A DNA stretch of 64,000 nt from Clostridia bacterium (GCA_963662695.2 CAXXDC010000002.1:650022-714021); one strand, 5' to 3'; shown: positions 17,166 to 27,451, counted from the stretch's first letter. Notes: generated by a model from the sequence alone, not told the origin. Made by a program: numbers and translations.

Positions 17166-20100
17166 TTAAAACCTCTTTTGTGCAATCGACATTAACTTCT
17201 CTAATAATAAGTCTAATATCTCATCACTCAAATCAAGATCATTTTCTTCCATGAAGTCAAATAAATTATCATCCAATTCCCCTTCAATTTTATCAATTAC
17301 AATTTTACTATTTCGCCAATCACGTTTTGCATTTTCCTTCACTGTCTCTTTAACATCTAATGATAACTTAGCTATTTTTTCTTCAAAAGCCAAATCAATT
17401 TCGTCAATAACTTTCTCTTTAAATACCTTTAATATTGAACCATAAAAAAACTTCGCATCACTATCATTAGAAATAATGCTAGGGTAACTACTTGTTGTTC
17501 GACCTTCTCTAAAACTTTCTGTGATATCTTCCATGTTTTTATAATAAGCATCATCATTACGATCTTTTAAATACTCATCAATCGTTTTCTTAATTCGCTC
17601 TGAAAATGTTAAAAACATAATAGGGTCATCATGCTCAAATGTACTAATTTCGGATATCATTCTAGTTTTCATTGAATCAGCTTTGGCACGTTTATCACTA
17701 CCAAAAATCTTTAATTGCTCTTTCATTTTTTGTTTATCAAGAATACTAAGGGGTTCTACAACAATGCGAACATCTTCCGAACTGACATAAGTGTCTAAAA
17801 GCTGTCTTATACCGTCCTCATACTTACTGAAATCTATACTATCATTGTATCTTAATGAAATAGCACTTCTTAATTTAACAAAATGTAAGAGTTCTTTCCT
17901 ATATTGTTCAGCTTGGTCATATCCTACTAATTTGAAAAGTTCATAACTTGCGTACATATAATCAACGCATTTTGAGTATTTACTCAATCTTTCATAGAAA
18001 TCATTTCTTAAGCCATCATCTTCAAGGAATTCCTGCCATACGTTTGAACGCATTTCATTTCTATCAATCCCGTCAAACAATGCCCATAAATCTTTTTGAG
18101 CTAACTCTAATTTTCTTTTCTCATCTTCTGGACCAAATATAGCATTCTTGATATCTTTTTCATCATATCCATCAAAGCCTGATTCACTATCACTATATAG
18201 ATCAAGAGCTGAATTTAACTTTTTGAACACACCCCAATAATCAACAATCAGACCAAATTCTTTGCCTTCATAAAGTCTATTCACCCTTGCTATCGCTTGT
18301 AGTAAACTATGCTCCTTAATGCTTTTATCAATATATAGAACAGAGGCTATTGGTGCATCAAATCCAGTTAATAGTTTATCAACAACTATCAATAGGTCAA
18401 TTTCACCATCTTCGTCATTAAAAGAGCCAGTTACTGATTCTTCATATGCATCTGTATTCTTTCCGAACAACGGCTCTATTTCTGACTTAAAAAACTCTTC
18501 AATTTTCTTTAACCCTTTTTTAGAAGTATTATCTCCACTTCCTTCTGGTTTTACACCACTTGTAATTACAACTGCTGGATTAATACCTTCAAAATTCTTA
18601 AGAATGTTATACATTTCTATCGCATAAGGTCGTGAAGAGACAGTCAACATAGCCTTTTGCCTTTTCGGCTTCAGATAACGCATAAAATGCTCATAAAGAT
18701 CAAAAGCTACCATATAGATTCTTTCATTGGTTTGGGCAAGTGCAAAAAAACGACTCCACTTTTTCTTAAGATCTTCTGTCTCTTTTTCGGTTAATGACGA
18801 CGTAAGGTATTTTAAATGATCATTTATTTTATCACTTTTAACATCTTGCTTAATAACTCTTCCCTCATAAACGATAGGAACAGTTACTTTATCCTCAACT
18901 GCGTCTTCTAAAGTATATGAGTCAATCTTCTTTCCGAACTTCTTGTAGGTATTTCTTTTTTCTTTACCAAGCAACGGAGTTCCAGTAAAAGAGATTTTAG
19001 GAGCATTAGGCAATGTGTGTGTCATATATGTGTTTAACTTTCCATAGTGAGAACGATGTCCTTCATCTATCAATAAATAAACGTTATCACTCTCATCCAC
19101 ATACTTTTCTTTCATTGCTGCTTCAAACTTGTTAATAATTGTCGTAATAACTGTATTCCCTTTATCTTTTAATAAGCTAACAAGTCCCTTTCCTGTAGTT
19201 GCTCTAACGGGTGACATGCTCGTATTTATGAAATTATCACGCATTTGCTTGTCTAGACCTTTTCTATCGGTCACCATAACAAAACGAGGATTTTTAATAT
19301 CAGGATCTTTCTGAATCATTTTAACAAGCATAATCATTGAAATTGTTTTACCTGATCCTTGAGTATGCCAAATAACACCATCTCTAGTATCAGCATCGTC
19401 AAGACCTTTAATTCTAGCCATGCATTTATTTACAGCAAAGAATTGTTTGTATCTTGCTATCTTCTTAATATTGTTATCGTAAATAATAAAATGTTTAATA
19501 ATGCTCATCAATCTCTTCTTATCTAATAATGAAATCATGGCTCTATCTTGTTCTAATATTTGACCATCTGGTGAAAACCTCTTACATTGTTCTTCTAGCC
19601 ATAATCTATTATCTTCTTTCCAGAACGTAAAATGCTTTGCAGGTGTACCGCAAGTTCCAAATAGTAACTTATTTGGATTAACAGCTATAACTATTTGAGC
19701 AAACTTAAATAATTGAGGGATAAAATCTGGTTGCCAGTTTCTTATATTTTGGTGAACTCCCGCCATTACATCTATTGAAGATTTTTTACATTCAATAACA
19801 GCTATAGGTATACCGTTAATCATCAGAACAATATCAGGTCTAGCAAACTTACCATTCATTCTTTCGACTTCAAATTCTTCCGTAACCTGAAAAATATTAT
19901 TTTTAGGATTCTTAAAATCTATAAAATGTATATCAAAGGATTGTAATGCCCCATCAGGTAGCGTTTGCTCAAGACTCATCCCCATACAAAGAAGATCATA
20001 TATCCGCTTATTGGTCATAGTAAGCCCACCGACTATCGGCATATCTAATTCTTTTATTGCCTTTTCTATAGAGTCAAGAGAAAACTGTATTTCTTGACCT

Positions 20101-20285
20101 TTATATTCAAAACGCTGACTTAATAAAAATTCTCTAAGGACATCTTCAAAAATAACCCTAGATTTATGTTTCCTTAACTTTTCTGCATCTGCTCTGGAGA
20201 CAAAATCATAACCCATTTGAGAAAATATCTTTAACATTCTATTTTGACTTTCTGGCCGTTCATTAAAAATATTGTGATTTGACAT
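17166..20285 (-). CDS. hsdR: Type I restriction endonuclease subunit R
   Basis: 1039 aa. An N-terminal nuclease region is followed by helicase motifs HTQGSGKT (Walker A) and LLIDEGHRS (DEAH-like), then a C-terminal helical domain. Confidence 0.92.
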   Translation of the reverse strand: MSNHNIFNERPESQNRMLKIFSQMGYDFVSRADAEKLRKHKSRVIFEDVLREFLLSQRFEYKGQEIQFSLDSIEKAIKELDMPIVGGLTMTNKRIYDLLCMGMSLEQTLPDGALQSFDIHFIDFKNPKNNIFQVTEEFEVERMNGKFARPDIVLMINGIPIAVIECKKSSIDVMAGVHQNIRNWQPDFIPQLFKFAQIVIAVNPNKLLFGTCGTPAKHFTFWKEDNRLWLEEQCKRFSPDGQILEQDRAMISLLDKKRLMSIIKHFIIYDNNIKKIARYKQFFAVNKCMARIKGLDDADTRDGVIWHTQGSGKTISMIMLVKMIQKDPDIKNPRFVMVTDRKGLDKQMRDNFINTSMSPVRATTGKGLVSLLKDKGNTVITTIINKFEAAMKEKYVDESDNVYLLIDEGHRSHYGKLNTYMTHTLPNAPKISFTGTPLLGKEKRNTYKKFGKKIDSYTLEDAVEDKVTVPIVYEGRVIKQDVKSDKINDHLKYLTSSLTEKETEDLKKKWSRFFALAQTNERIYMVAFDLYEHFMRYLKPKRQKAMLTVSSRPYAIEMYNILKNFEGINPAVVITSGVKPEGSGDNTSKKGLKKIEEFFKSEIEPLFGKNTDAYEESVTGSFNDEDGEIDLLIVVDKLLTGFDAPIASVLYIDKSIKEHSLLQAIARVNRLYEGKEFGLIVDYWGVFKKLNSALDLYSDSESGFDGYDEKDIKNAIFGPEDEKRKLELAQKDLWALFDGIDRNEMRSNVWQEFLEDDGLRNDFYERLSKYSKCVDYMYASYELFKLVGYDQAEQYRKELLHFVKLRSAISLRYNDSIDFSKYEDGIRQLLDTYVSSEDVRIVVEPLSILDKQKMKEQLKIFGSDKRAKADSMKTRMISEISTFEHDDPIMFLTFSERIKKTIDEYLKDRNDDAYYKNMEDITESFREGRTTSSYPSIISNDSDAKFFYGSILKVFKEKVIDEIDLAFEEKIAKLSLDVKETVKENAKRDWRNSKIVIDKIEGELDDNLFDFMEENDLDLSDEILDLLLEKLMSIAQKRF

Positions 20286-20295
20286 GATAATCCTC

Positions 20296-21615
20296 CTAAC
20301 TCATGTTTGTCATTCTTACTTTTCCTGTCAATAGTAATTGCATAAGTGATTTTTTCTTCTTAATTTGTTGCTCAAGCTCATCATTTAGTAATTTGATTTC
20401 TGCATCTGTTGCAGAAAGTATTCTTGCTATTTCTAATTGTTCTTCTGGATCGGGAATTGTTATATTAAGTTTTAAAAAATCTTTCTTGCTCATTACTCGA
20501 TTTCTTCCCGCACCACCTGGTGATATATCCTGCAACTGCTTTTTAAATCTTTTTTGCAAAATGAAATATTTAAAGAACTCTGGAACATTATCATTCACAA
20601 ATTCATATGTCGGAAACCTATGCGATACAAGTTTATCGTCATCATGACTTCCAGCAACTGCTATAGCATGTTCCCAGGCAAAAGTAATATTGACAATCAA
20701 ATCATTTTCTTTAACTTTATAAAGCACATCCATCGAGATTTCTTCTGGATTAGCAACAAACGTGTGAAAAGTACCCTTACCGTGACTCCTCAACCCTAGC
20801 CTCCAATAACCTTTAGATGGCTTACTAATTCTTCTAATCTTATTCTGTACAACTTCATCAATCACCGTATTCTTCCAAGGTTTGCCAAAGCCTTCTAGTC
20901 TTAAAAAATGCCTGCTTTGATGATTTAGTAATATTTGGAGCAAAAAATATTTTTGCTTTTTCTTTTCTTCAATCAAACGTCTTTTAAGTGTAATAACTCT
21001 ATCTTGCATTAATAGAATTTCAGCTATTTTCATCTGCTCATCCTTTGGTGGAACAGGAATATATACCTTTTTAATATTTGTTTTAGATATACCTAAAACT
21101 TTTGCACCTGCTGCATATTTTCTAATTTGTGTTAGCACATCATAATTATAAAAAACATAAGCTCTAAATATATCTGAAAACACTTTATTTCTATCTCTCA
21201 AATGTAAGGTATGTAAGCCAGCGTACACCTTCTTACCATTAATGTTTTTAAGTTCAATAGCTTTACCAATATCACTCATATCTTCTGATGCGTCAGCTAT
21301 TATTATGTCGCCATTCTGACAACTTTCGTATTTTTTTATAATACTATCTTGATATTTTTTTACAATACTGGGAACTTCTTCAGAATCAATATCAAGTATT
21401 GTAGAATATCGGGTGTGAATGTCTCCATAGTGAATATTTAAACATTCACTTTTCACATCAAGTTTATCCCTTGATAGAGAATTAGTAGCAAAAAACGTAT
21501 ACACTTCACCAACTGATATATCATCCCAATCACACGGTATAACTCCCACTTTACTACACCAATATCCTTTTGGAATAGATTCGTCTATTTCTGCTTTTCC
21601 ATCAAGTTCCATCAT
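20296..21615 (-). CDS. hsdS: Type I restriction-modification specificity subunit S (two target-recognition domains)
   Basis: 439 aa with two TRD-plus-conserved-helix units (…PPKDEQMKIAEILLMQDRVITLKRRLIEEKKKQK… and …PDPEEQLEIARILSATDAEIKLLNDELEQQIKKKKSLMQLLLTG). Confidence 0.9.
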   Translation of the reverse strand: MMELDGKAEIDESIPKGYWCSKVGVIPCDWDDISVGEVYTFFATNSLSRDKLDVKSECLNIHYGDIHTRYSTILDIDSEEVPSIVKKYQDSIIKKYESCQNGDIIIADASEDMSDIGKAIELKNINGKKVYAGLHTLHLRDRNKVFSDIFRAYVFYNYDVLTQIRKYAAGAKVLGISKTNIKKVYIPVPPKDEQMKIAEILLMQDRVITLKRRLIEEKKKQKYFLLQILLNHQSRHFLRLEGFGKPWKNTVIDEVVQNKIRRISKPSKGYWRLGLRSHGKGTFHTFVANPEEISMDVLYKVKENDLIVNITFAWEHAIAVAGSHDDDKLVSHRFPTYEFVNDNVPEFFKYFILQKRFKKQLQDISPGGAGRNRVMSKKDFLKLNITIPDPEEQLEIARILSATDAEIKLLNDELEQQIKKKKSLMQLLLTGKVRMTNMS

Positions 21616-21702
21616 CTATTCCTCCTCATTTCCATAGAATTTTTTGCTCTTATATTTTTTTTATACTTTATGTTATTTTGTCCATTATCAAAAAAAAACA
21701 TA

Positions 21703-23256
21703 TTACACCTCTAAGCCTAACTCTTTCATGTACTGTTCCATCTTAGCTTCAACTTCTTTTAATTCATCTTTTATATTTTTTATATTCATCTGTACTTCTT
21801 TAATGTCGATTAGTTCTTCTTCTTCAAATGTATCAACATATCTTGGAATATTAAGGTTATAGTCATTCTCTTTAATTTCTTCAATACTGGCAAGATGTGC
21901 AAATCGTTCTTTATCTTCTCTCGCATAGTATACATCCACAATTTTTTGTATTTGATCTTCTTCAAATTTATTTTGATTCTTTTCTTTGTTAAAATGTTCT
22001 TCGTTTGATGCATCAATAAAAAGTACCTTATCATCCTCTTTATTCTTCTTAAAAATCAATATGCAAGCAGGAATACTTGTTCCAAAAAACATATTTGCTG
22101 GCAAGCCAATAACTGCATCTAATATTCCATTTTCAATAACTTTTTGTCTAATGCGTCCTTCTGCCGCTCCTCTAAACAATACTCCATGTGGTGCTACTGC
22201 TGCCACTCTGCCATTTGCTGACATACTATGGATCATATGCAGTAAAAATGCCCAATCCCCTTTACTAGCAGGTGGAACACCCCAGTCAAAACGATGATAT
22301 TTATCATATGATGCTTCCATCTTCCACTTCTTACCTTCACCATCTTCTTCACCACCTGGATTAAAGTTAATAGCCCACTTATCTTTTGAAAAAGGCATAT
22401 TAGCTACAATAACATCAAATGTAAGTAAGTTCCCGTCATCGTCTTTGTGAACTGGATTTGCAAGAGTATCTCCCCATGCAATTTTTGCATCTCTAACTTT
22501 ATGAATAAACATATTCATACGAGCCATTGATACCGCTGATCCACCTACTTCTTGACCATAAATACTTACCTTGTCGATATCCCCTTTTTTTGCTGCCCTT
22601 ATAAGAAGTGACCCCGATCCACATGTTGGGTCGTAAACCCTCTCTCTAGAAATTGGTGGTACCAATCTTGCGATTAATTCTGATACACAAGTTGGGGTAA
22701 AGAAGCTACCTGCTTTTTTACCTGCTCTTGATGCAAATTCTCCAATCATATACTCATATGCATCACCGATCACATCTGCCGGTACTTCATCCTTTTTTAC
22801 TTCAATCATAGATTCTCTTAAATCAAGGCTAGCAAAATCTTCTAACAATTCTCTTAAAATACTATTGCGTTGGGTTCTATTTCCTAGATTAGCTTCACTA
22901 TTAAAATCAATACTCCTAAACACACCTGATAATTGTTGAGCATTATCTTCCTCAATACCTCTAAGTGCTGTATTAATTAATTGACCAAGCGTATCATCAT
23001 ATCTATTTTCATATAAATATTTAAAACTATGTTCCCACTTCACTTTAAATGCAAGTCTATTAATCTGTCTATTGAGTCTTCTTTCATCTGTATACTTACT
23101 CTTTAAATGCTCTACTTCTTCTTCAAAAGTATCACTTAAGTATTTCACAAACATTATGGAAAGAACGTAATCTTTATAATTTGCTGCATCTATTGTATCT
23201 CTGAATGTGTCAGCACCTCTCATCAATGCCGCATTAATATCATTTCTAGTTGTCAT
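21703..23256 (-). CDS. hsdM: Type I restriction-modification N6-adenine DNA methyltransferase subunit M
   Basis: SAM-binding motif YDPTCGSGSLLI and catalytic motif NMPFS (an NPPF variant). It has an HsdM N-terminal domain. Confidence 0.92.
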   Translation of the reverse strand: MTTRNDINAALMRGADTFRDTIDAANYKDYVLSIMFVKYLSDTFEEEVEHLKSKYTDERRLNRQINRLAFKVKWEHSFKYLYENRYDDTLGQLINTALRGIEEDNAQQLSGVFRSIDFNSEANLGNRTQRNSILRELLEDFASLDLRESMIEVKKDEVPADVIGDAYEYMIGEFASRAGKKAGSFFTPTCVSELIARLVPPISRERVYDPTCGSGSLLIRAAKKGDIDKVSIYGQEVGGSAVSMARMNMFIHKVRDAKIAWGDTLANPVHKDDDGNLLTFDVIVANMPFSKDKWAINFNPGGEEDGEGKKWKMEASYDKYHRFDWGVPPASKGDWAFLLHMIHSMSANGRVAAVAPHGVLFRGAAEGRIRQKVIENGILDAVIGLPANMFFGTSIPACILIFKKNKEDDKVLFIDASNEEHFNKEKNQNKFEEDQIQKIVDVYYAREDKERFAHLASIEEIKENDYNLNIPRYVDTFEEEELIDIKEVQMNIKNIKDELKEVEAKMEQYMKELGLEV

Positions 23257-23257
23257 C

Positions 23258-23884
23258 TCAATCCTCCGTTAATAGGTTTTGAAAAACCCCTTTTAATAGT
23301 TTCTTCTCCTGCTCTTCTAATTCCTGAATTAGCATTCTCTTGTTATTATTCAACCTTCTGAGTTCTCCATATTTGATTTGCCATTCCAGTGAAACAAGTG
23401 GTATGTTTATTTCACCCAATTCCTTCTTTGAAACTGATTGGATTGTTACACCCTTGCGAGAAAAATGATTGAGTTTGGATAATCCTTGCATTTCTAAAAT
23501 ACTGGCAATATAATGACTATCAATACCCTCTTTAGGTCTGATAATAAGAATGTTACTTGTTACATATACATTCTCCCAATTACTATCAACAACATTAACG
23601 TAACTCGGCGATAATCTTTTAATCAGAATATCGCCTTGTTTAAGTAATGCATTTTCATTAATCTCTTGAGGTCGTAAATGTTCTTCAAACTCTTTAATCG
23701 TATTAAACTCATCAAGGAATGACGGATGAATACATTTATACACATAACCTTCGTGAATATTTTTCTTCCACTCAGGAACTCCTGTTATAATTTTGCATAC
23801 TTCTTTTAACTTCTTATTTTTAATGCCTATGGTACTCACCTCCATACAAGCTAAAAAGCGAGAGTTGTCCAGCTCTCGCATCAT
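23258..23884 (-). CDS. Half-size HsdS-like protein (single target-recognition domain plus one conserved helix)
   Basis: 208 aa. It has one TRD and the terminal conserved-helix region IPLVSLEWQIKYGELRRLNNNKRMLIQELEEQEKKLLKGVFQNLL. It lies directly upstream of hsdM with a 1-nt gap. Confidence 0.7.
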   Translation of the reverse strand: MMRELDNSRFLACMEVSTIGIKNKKLKEVCKIITGVPEWKKNIHEGYVYKCIHPSFLDEFNTIKEFEEHLRPQEINENALLKQGDILIKRLSPSYVNVVDSNWENVYVTSNILIIRPKEGIDSHYIASILEMQGLSKLNHFSRKGVTIQSVSKKELGEINIPLVSLEWQIKYGELRRLNNNKRMLIQELEEQEKKLLKGVFQNLLTED

Positions 23885-23889
23885 TGTTT

Positions 23890-24114
23890 TTATCCTTTTG
23901 GTGGAAAATCATCATTACCATGAGAATCTTTTCTCTGAATTTTACCATTTTTACCGTGAATGACTAATTCAGTATTTTGGTTGGTACTTATTTGCCTAGC
24001 TATTCTTTCGGCTTCTGCTTTAGTATCAGTATGATTAGATGAACGTTTTGCTCCTCCACGTTTCACGTTCCACCCACCATTAGGATCTGGAACAACATGA
24101 TGTGTATTTGACAT
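23890..24114 (-). CDS. DUF2188-family small protein
   Basis: HVVPDPNGGWNVKRGGAKRSSNHTDTKAEAERIARQIS...ELVIHGKNGKIQRKDSHGNDDFPPKG matches the DUF2188 pattern. The likely start is the ATG at 24114 (MSNTHH) after an AAAGGAA RBS. The track ORF extends to 24228. Confidence 0.7.
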   Translation of the reverse strand: MSNTHHVVPDPNGGWNVKRGGAKRSSNHTDTKAEAERIARQISTNQNTELVIHGKNGKIQRKDSHGNDDFPPKG

Positions 24115-24234
24115 AATTATAACCATTCCTTTCGCTTTGCTCAAGGCACAAAACGGAATGAAACCATTAGCTTTGAGCATATTTAATATATAATAGACTT
24201 GTTGAGATTGCAGACAACTACAAATCACGTGGAG

Positions 24235-25735
24235 GTGAGTGTGCTACTCCTTTTGGAGTTGACCGCATAATTATATGTGTAGATTGTTCTTTCAAGCACA
24301 AATAAGTGTGCCACCAGAGCACGAAGACTTATCTTTGTATAGACAATACTCGTTTATAGCTGAACAATCAGTCAATGTCTGTTACTCTCAATAATCTTAT
24401 TTTAAGAAGGGATATTATGTTAAAAATCGTTTACCCCATCTGTTGTGGAATCGATGTCCACAAAAAGTTTATTGTTGCTTGTATTGCTTCTACTAATGAC
24501 AAAGGTATTACTACCTACAAAACCAGTCGCTTTTCTACCTTTACAAGAGGTCTAAGAAAGCTGTCGGAGTGGCTTTCCTCCAATTCCTGCACAGAAGTTT
24601 GCATGGAATCTACTGGCAAGTATTGGATACCTGTGTTTAATATTTTAGAAGCTACTTGCAAAATAGCTCTTGCACATCCCAAATATGTTAAAGCTATTCG
24701 TGGCAAGAAAACTGATAAAAAAGATGCTAAATGGATAGCTGACCTTTTCAAGCACGATCTTGTACCTAGTAGTTTTATGCCACCCCTTGCAATCCGTCAA
24801 TTACGTGATTTAATGCGGTATCGTGTTAAACTCATCAACTTAAAATCAAGTGAAAAGAACAGAACTCAAAATTGTCTTACTGTATCAAACATTCAACTTG
24901 CCAATGTAGTCTCAGACACTTTTGGCAAAAGTTCTATGGCTATCATTGAACGCATTTTGGAAAATCCTCTTGATACTAATTTTGATGTTACTCCTCTTAT
25001 TCACAGTTCTATGCTTGATAAAGTTGATGATTTACAACTTGCTATTGACGGTATGATAACACCAGAACAAGCTCAAAAACTTGAAATTATTAAACAACAC
25101 TATAACAGTCTTGATTTGTGTAAACTCAATCTTGAATCTGTTATCCTCTCTCTTACCAATCCTTTTGTAAAAGAAATTGATTTAGTGTCTACAGTTCCAG
25201 GTATCAAAAATCCTTTTTCTGCTATCGCTATAATTTCAGAAATAGGTGTTGATATGTCTGTGTTCCCAACTGCTAAACACTTATGCTCTTGGGCAGGTCT
25301 AACTCCCCAAAATAACGAAAGTGCTGGTAAGAAGAAAAGTGTACGTATCTCTCGTGCTGGTGTTTATATCAAACCGTTACTTGTTCAATGTGCTAATGCT
25401 GTTGTTAGAAGCAACAAACACCCTGAACTTAAATGTCGCTATCTAGCTCTTAAAAAGCGACGAGGGCATAAACGTGCTATTATAGCTATTGCGCGTCTTA
25501 TGCTTACTGCTATTTACCATATCCTAAAAAAAAGTGAGCCTTACAATGCCGAACTTTACAAAAAAGCTGAGATTATTCCTCCTAATCGTAAAGTCACGGT
25601 AGAACAAGCTATTTTTATTCTTCAAAGGCAAGGCTATTCTATTTCGAAGGTAGATAACTGTACTTAATTCTCATTTGCTAACTATTTATTTTTAAAGCCA
25701 GCATATGGTGGCTTATTTGTTATACTCTTTTTGAG
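24235..25735 (+). mobile_element. IS110-family insertion sequence (boundaries approximate)
   Basis: A single DEDD-type transposase gene is flanked by about 180 nt of upstream and about 70 nt of downstream non-coding sequence. It is the only + strand coding block inside a minus-strand gene array. IS110 elements lack classical inverted repeats, so the ends cannot be fixed from one copy. Confidence 0.6.
24417..25667 (+). CDS. IS110 family transposase (DEDD recombinase)
   Basis: N-terminus [18 protein letters not shown] (GIDV-HK motif), and a C-terminal transposase_20-type region ([17 protein letters not shown]...[25 protein letters not shown]). Start taken at the ATG at 24417. Confidence 0.9.
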   Translation: MLKIVYPICCGIDVHKKFIVACIASTNDKGITTYKTSRFSTFTRGLRKLSEWLSSNSCTEVCMESTGKYWIPVFNILEATCKIALAHPKYVKAIRGKKTDKKDAKWIADLFKHDLVPSSFMPPLAIRQLRDLMRYRVKLINLKSSEKNRTQNCLTVSNIQLANVVSDTFGKSSMAIIERILENPLDTNFDVTPLIHSSMLDKVDDLQLAIDGMITPEQAQKLEIIKQHYNSLDLCKLNLESVILSLTNPFVKEIDLVSTVPGIKNPFSAIAIISEIGVDMSVFPTAKHLCSWAGLTPQNNESAGKKKSVRISRAGVYIKPLLVQCANAVVRSNKHPELKCRYLALKKRRGHKRAIIAIARLMLTAIYHILKKSEPYNAELYKKAEIIPPNRKVTVEQAIFILQRQGYSISKVDNCT

Positions 25736-25786
25736 TCTGCTAAAATCTTAAAGTAGCTATACCTTTGTTTCAGACTTATTCCCCTC

Positions 25787-25990
25787 CTAACCTGTATGAC
25801 ATGGGTTACTACAGTAATAGCAGCCATTTACCTGAGTATAATATTCTTTAGCTTTACTGACAGCACTCTGACATGACGAGTGATTACCTAAATCGATTCT
25901 ATTCTCTCTATTAGGGAGTCTTGTGCAATCCTCTTTATGCACTTCATGGTCACCATTTGTTTGTTGATTCTTATTAACGTAATATTTCAT
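25787..25990 (-). CDS. Small Cys/His-rich conserved hypothetical protein
   Basis: 67 aa: MKYYVNKNQQTNGDHEVHKEDC...SCQSAV...GCYYCSNPCHTG. The pattern recalls a widespread small protein family of unknown function. Confidence 0.5.
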   Translation of the reverse strand: MKYYVNKNQQTNGDHEVHKEDCTRLPNRENRIDLGNHSSCQSAVSKAKEYYTQVNGCYYCSNPCHTG

Positions 25991-26137
25991 ATAATATCAC
26001 CTTTTCCTTTCGTAATTTAGTTTATAAGATATTTTAATACCTTATCATAGCTACAGTTTTAGGAAAAAGTTTCTTCTTGTTTTACATACCAAATTGATAT
26101 ATAATATATTTGCGATATACACAAGAAGATGTGTAGG

Positions 26138-26185
26138 GGTTCAATTCACTTTAGGACAATTAGTGGATTGAACCTTTTTCTTTTT
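26138..26185 (+). terminator. Plus-strand intrinsic terminator with no upstream + strand gene
   Basis: GGTTCAATTCAC / GTGGATTGAACC stem (one mismatch) with a 13-nt loop, followed by TTTTTCTTTTT. Confidence 0.55.
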
Positions 26186-26324
26186 CCAATAAAATGATAC
26201 CATAGATTAGGTATAATGTCAATAAATATTTTTTGTAATCATCTTACAAAATCATTTTACGGTGAAAAAGTTGTTTATTTTCAGAAGTATATGTTTTATA
26301 TTTTAGTTGTATAACATCAATGTT

Positions 26325-27269
26325 CTATACAGAAGATTTAATGATACTTTTAAAAATATCATAATTAGTTTTTACATCTAATAAGGTGTGTACGACTTCC
26401 GAATAATAAATACCATTGACATTTTCTCCTTTTGAGCAACTAAATATTGTATCATATTCACTCATTCCACAGATTACTTTTTTCTCATGTGGCTTATCCC
26501 CCGCACAAACAATCCTTATATCACAATTTTCTATACCTTTCATCGTCCTATCATTCAAAACCCCCATATCATACACAATAAAATCAAACACCGTATCATT
26601 CTTTGACTCTATCCCCTCAAAAGCAATACCATTATAAACATACCCCTCACCATTTTTCTGCATCTTATAATACTCTGCTATCAACTTCATATGTCCACTA
26701 TCATTGGCTTCTATATAGCTCACATTAGCTCCTATTGATTTCAAATAGCACGCCATTTGCATTGCAATTGTAGTCGTTCCTACTCTATGCTGTGAGCCTA
26801 CAACACCAATAGTTATCTTCTTTTGTTTAAAATCATATTCTACTTTTTCCTCTTCTTCACATATATATCCAAACTTCTTTTTTACATAACTCTCTGACAT
26901 ACCTTCAAATAAACACAATGCTATCTCTTCTCTTAACTTTTTTACTTCTGTTTGAGTAATAATGTCAAAAACACCTAACCCTATCAGTTCATGGGCTAGG
27001 TGTTCGTTTATTTTGTCCATATAAAAAACAACCCGTGATGGATTGTAGCTTTGAAAGGTTTTTATTGAATTTATAATTGTATCATCTGTATCATTCAAAC
27101 ATTCTAAATCTATTATTATGGTTTCAATATGTCCTAATCGCTGAATGGACTTACCTAAAAAATCTACTAGTTTGTACCTCCCTACATACTTTTTTATAAA
27201 GATCTCTTGTTCTTCTTTAAGGAAATCAAGTATGTTCATATGTTCTTTACTACTCAAATAAAGGATCAA
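26325..27269 (-). CDS. CpaE/TadZ-like protein: receiver-like N-domain plus ParA/MinD-like domain with a degenerate P-loop
   Basis: The C-terminal half has ITIGVVGSQHRVGTTTIAMQMACYLKSIGANVSYIEAND. This is ParA/MinD-like, but the Walker A lysine is missing (GSQHRVGTTT). The N-terminal approximately 130 aa has a flavodoxin/receiver-like alternation. Confidence 0.45.
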   Translation of the reverse strand: MILYLSSKEHMNILDFLKEEQEIFIKKYVGRYKLVDFLGKSIQRLGHIETIIIDLECLNDTDDTIINSIKTFQSYNPSRVVFYMDKINEHLAHELIGLGVFDIITQTEVKKLREEIALCLFEGMSESYVKKKFGYICEEEEKVEYDFKQKKITIGVVGSQHRVGTTTIAMQMACYLKSIGANVSYIEANDSGHMKLIAEYYKMQKNGEGYVYNGIAFEGIESKNDTVFDFIVYDMGVLNDRTMKGIENCDIRIVCAGDKPHEKKVICGMSEYDTIFSCSKGENVNGIYYSEVVHTLLDVKTNYDIFKSIIKSSV

Positions 27270-27414
27270 TGGTATTGCTCCCTTCTTTTATAACTTCAAA
27301 ATCTTTTGGTATTTTAATTTCTATATTTCTTGGCTCATATGTAAATAACATTACTGTTCCAAAAATAATAATTACTGAGTAAATCAATATCTCTATAATA
27401 TTTATTTTCTTCAT
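27250..27414 (-). CDS. Small single-pass membrane protein
   Basis: MKKINIIEILIYSVIIIFGTVMLF... (start at 27414; the track ORF extends to 27465). It overlaps the start of the next gene, which suggests coupling. Confidence 0.35.
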   Translation of the reverse strand: MKKINIIEILIYSVIIIFGTVMLFTYEPRNIEIKIPKDFEVIKEGSNTIDPLFE

Positions 27415-27451
27415 TTCTACCCCCAAATAAATTTCGACATAAAAATAAGCC

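Noticed and set aside
21810-22034. 74-aa minus-strand ORF nested out of frame in hsdM, and a 69-aa ORF at 43915-44124 nested in the amidase-domain gene
   Set aside because: These are alternative-frame ORFs inside strongly supported genes. They have lysine-rich or isoleucine-rich junk composition and no independent start signals.
20296-23884. Phase-variable hsdS shufflon between the full and half hsdS genes
   Set aside because: The two S genes are in the same orientation. I found no inverted repeats between them, and there is no adjacent tyrosine or serine invertase. The only nearby recombinase is the IS110 transposase in a separate element.
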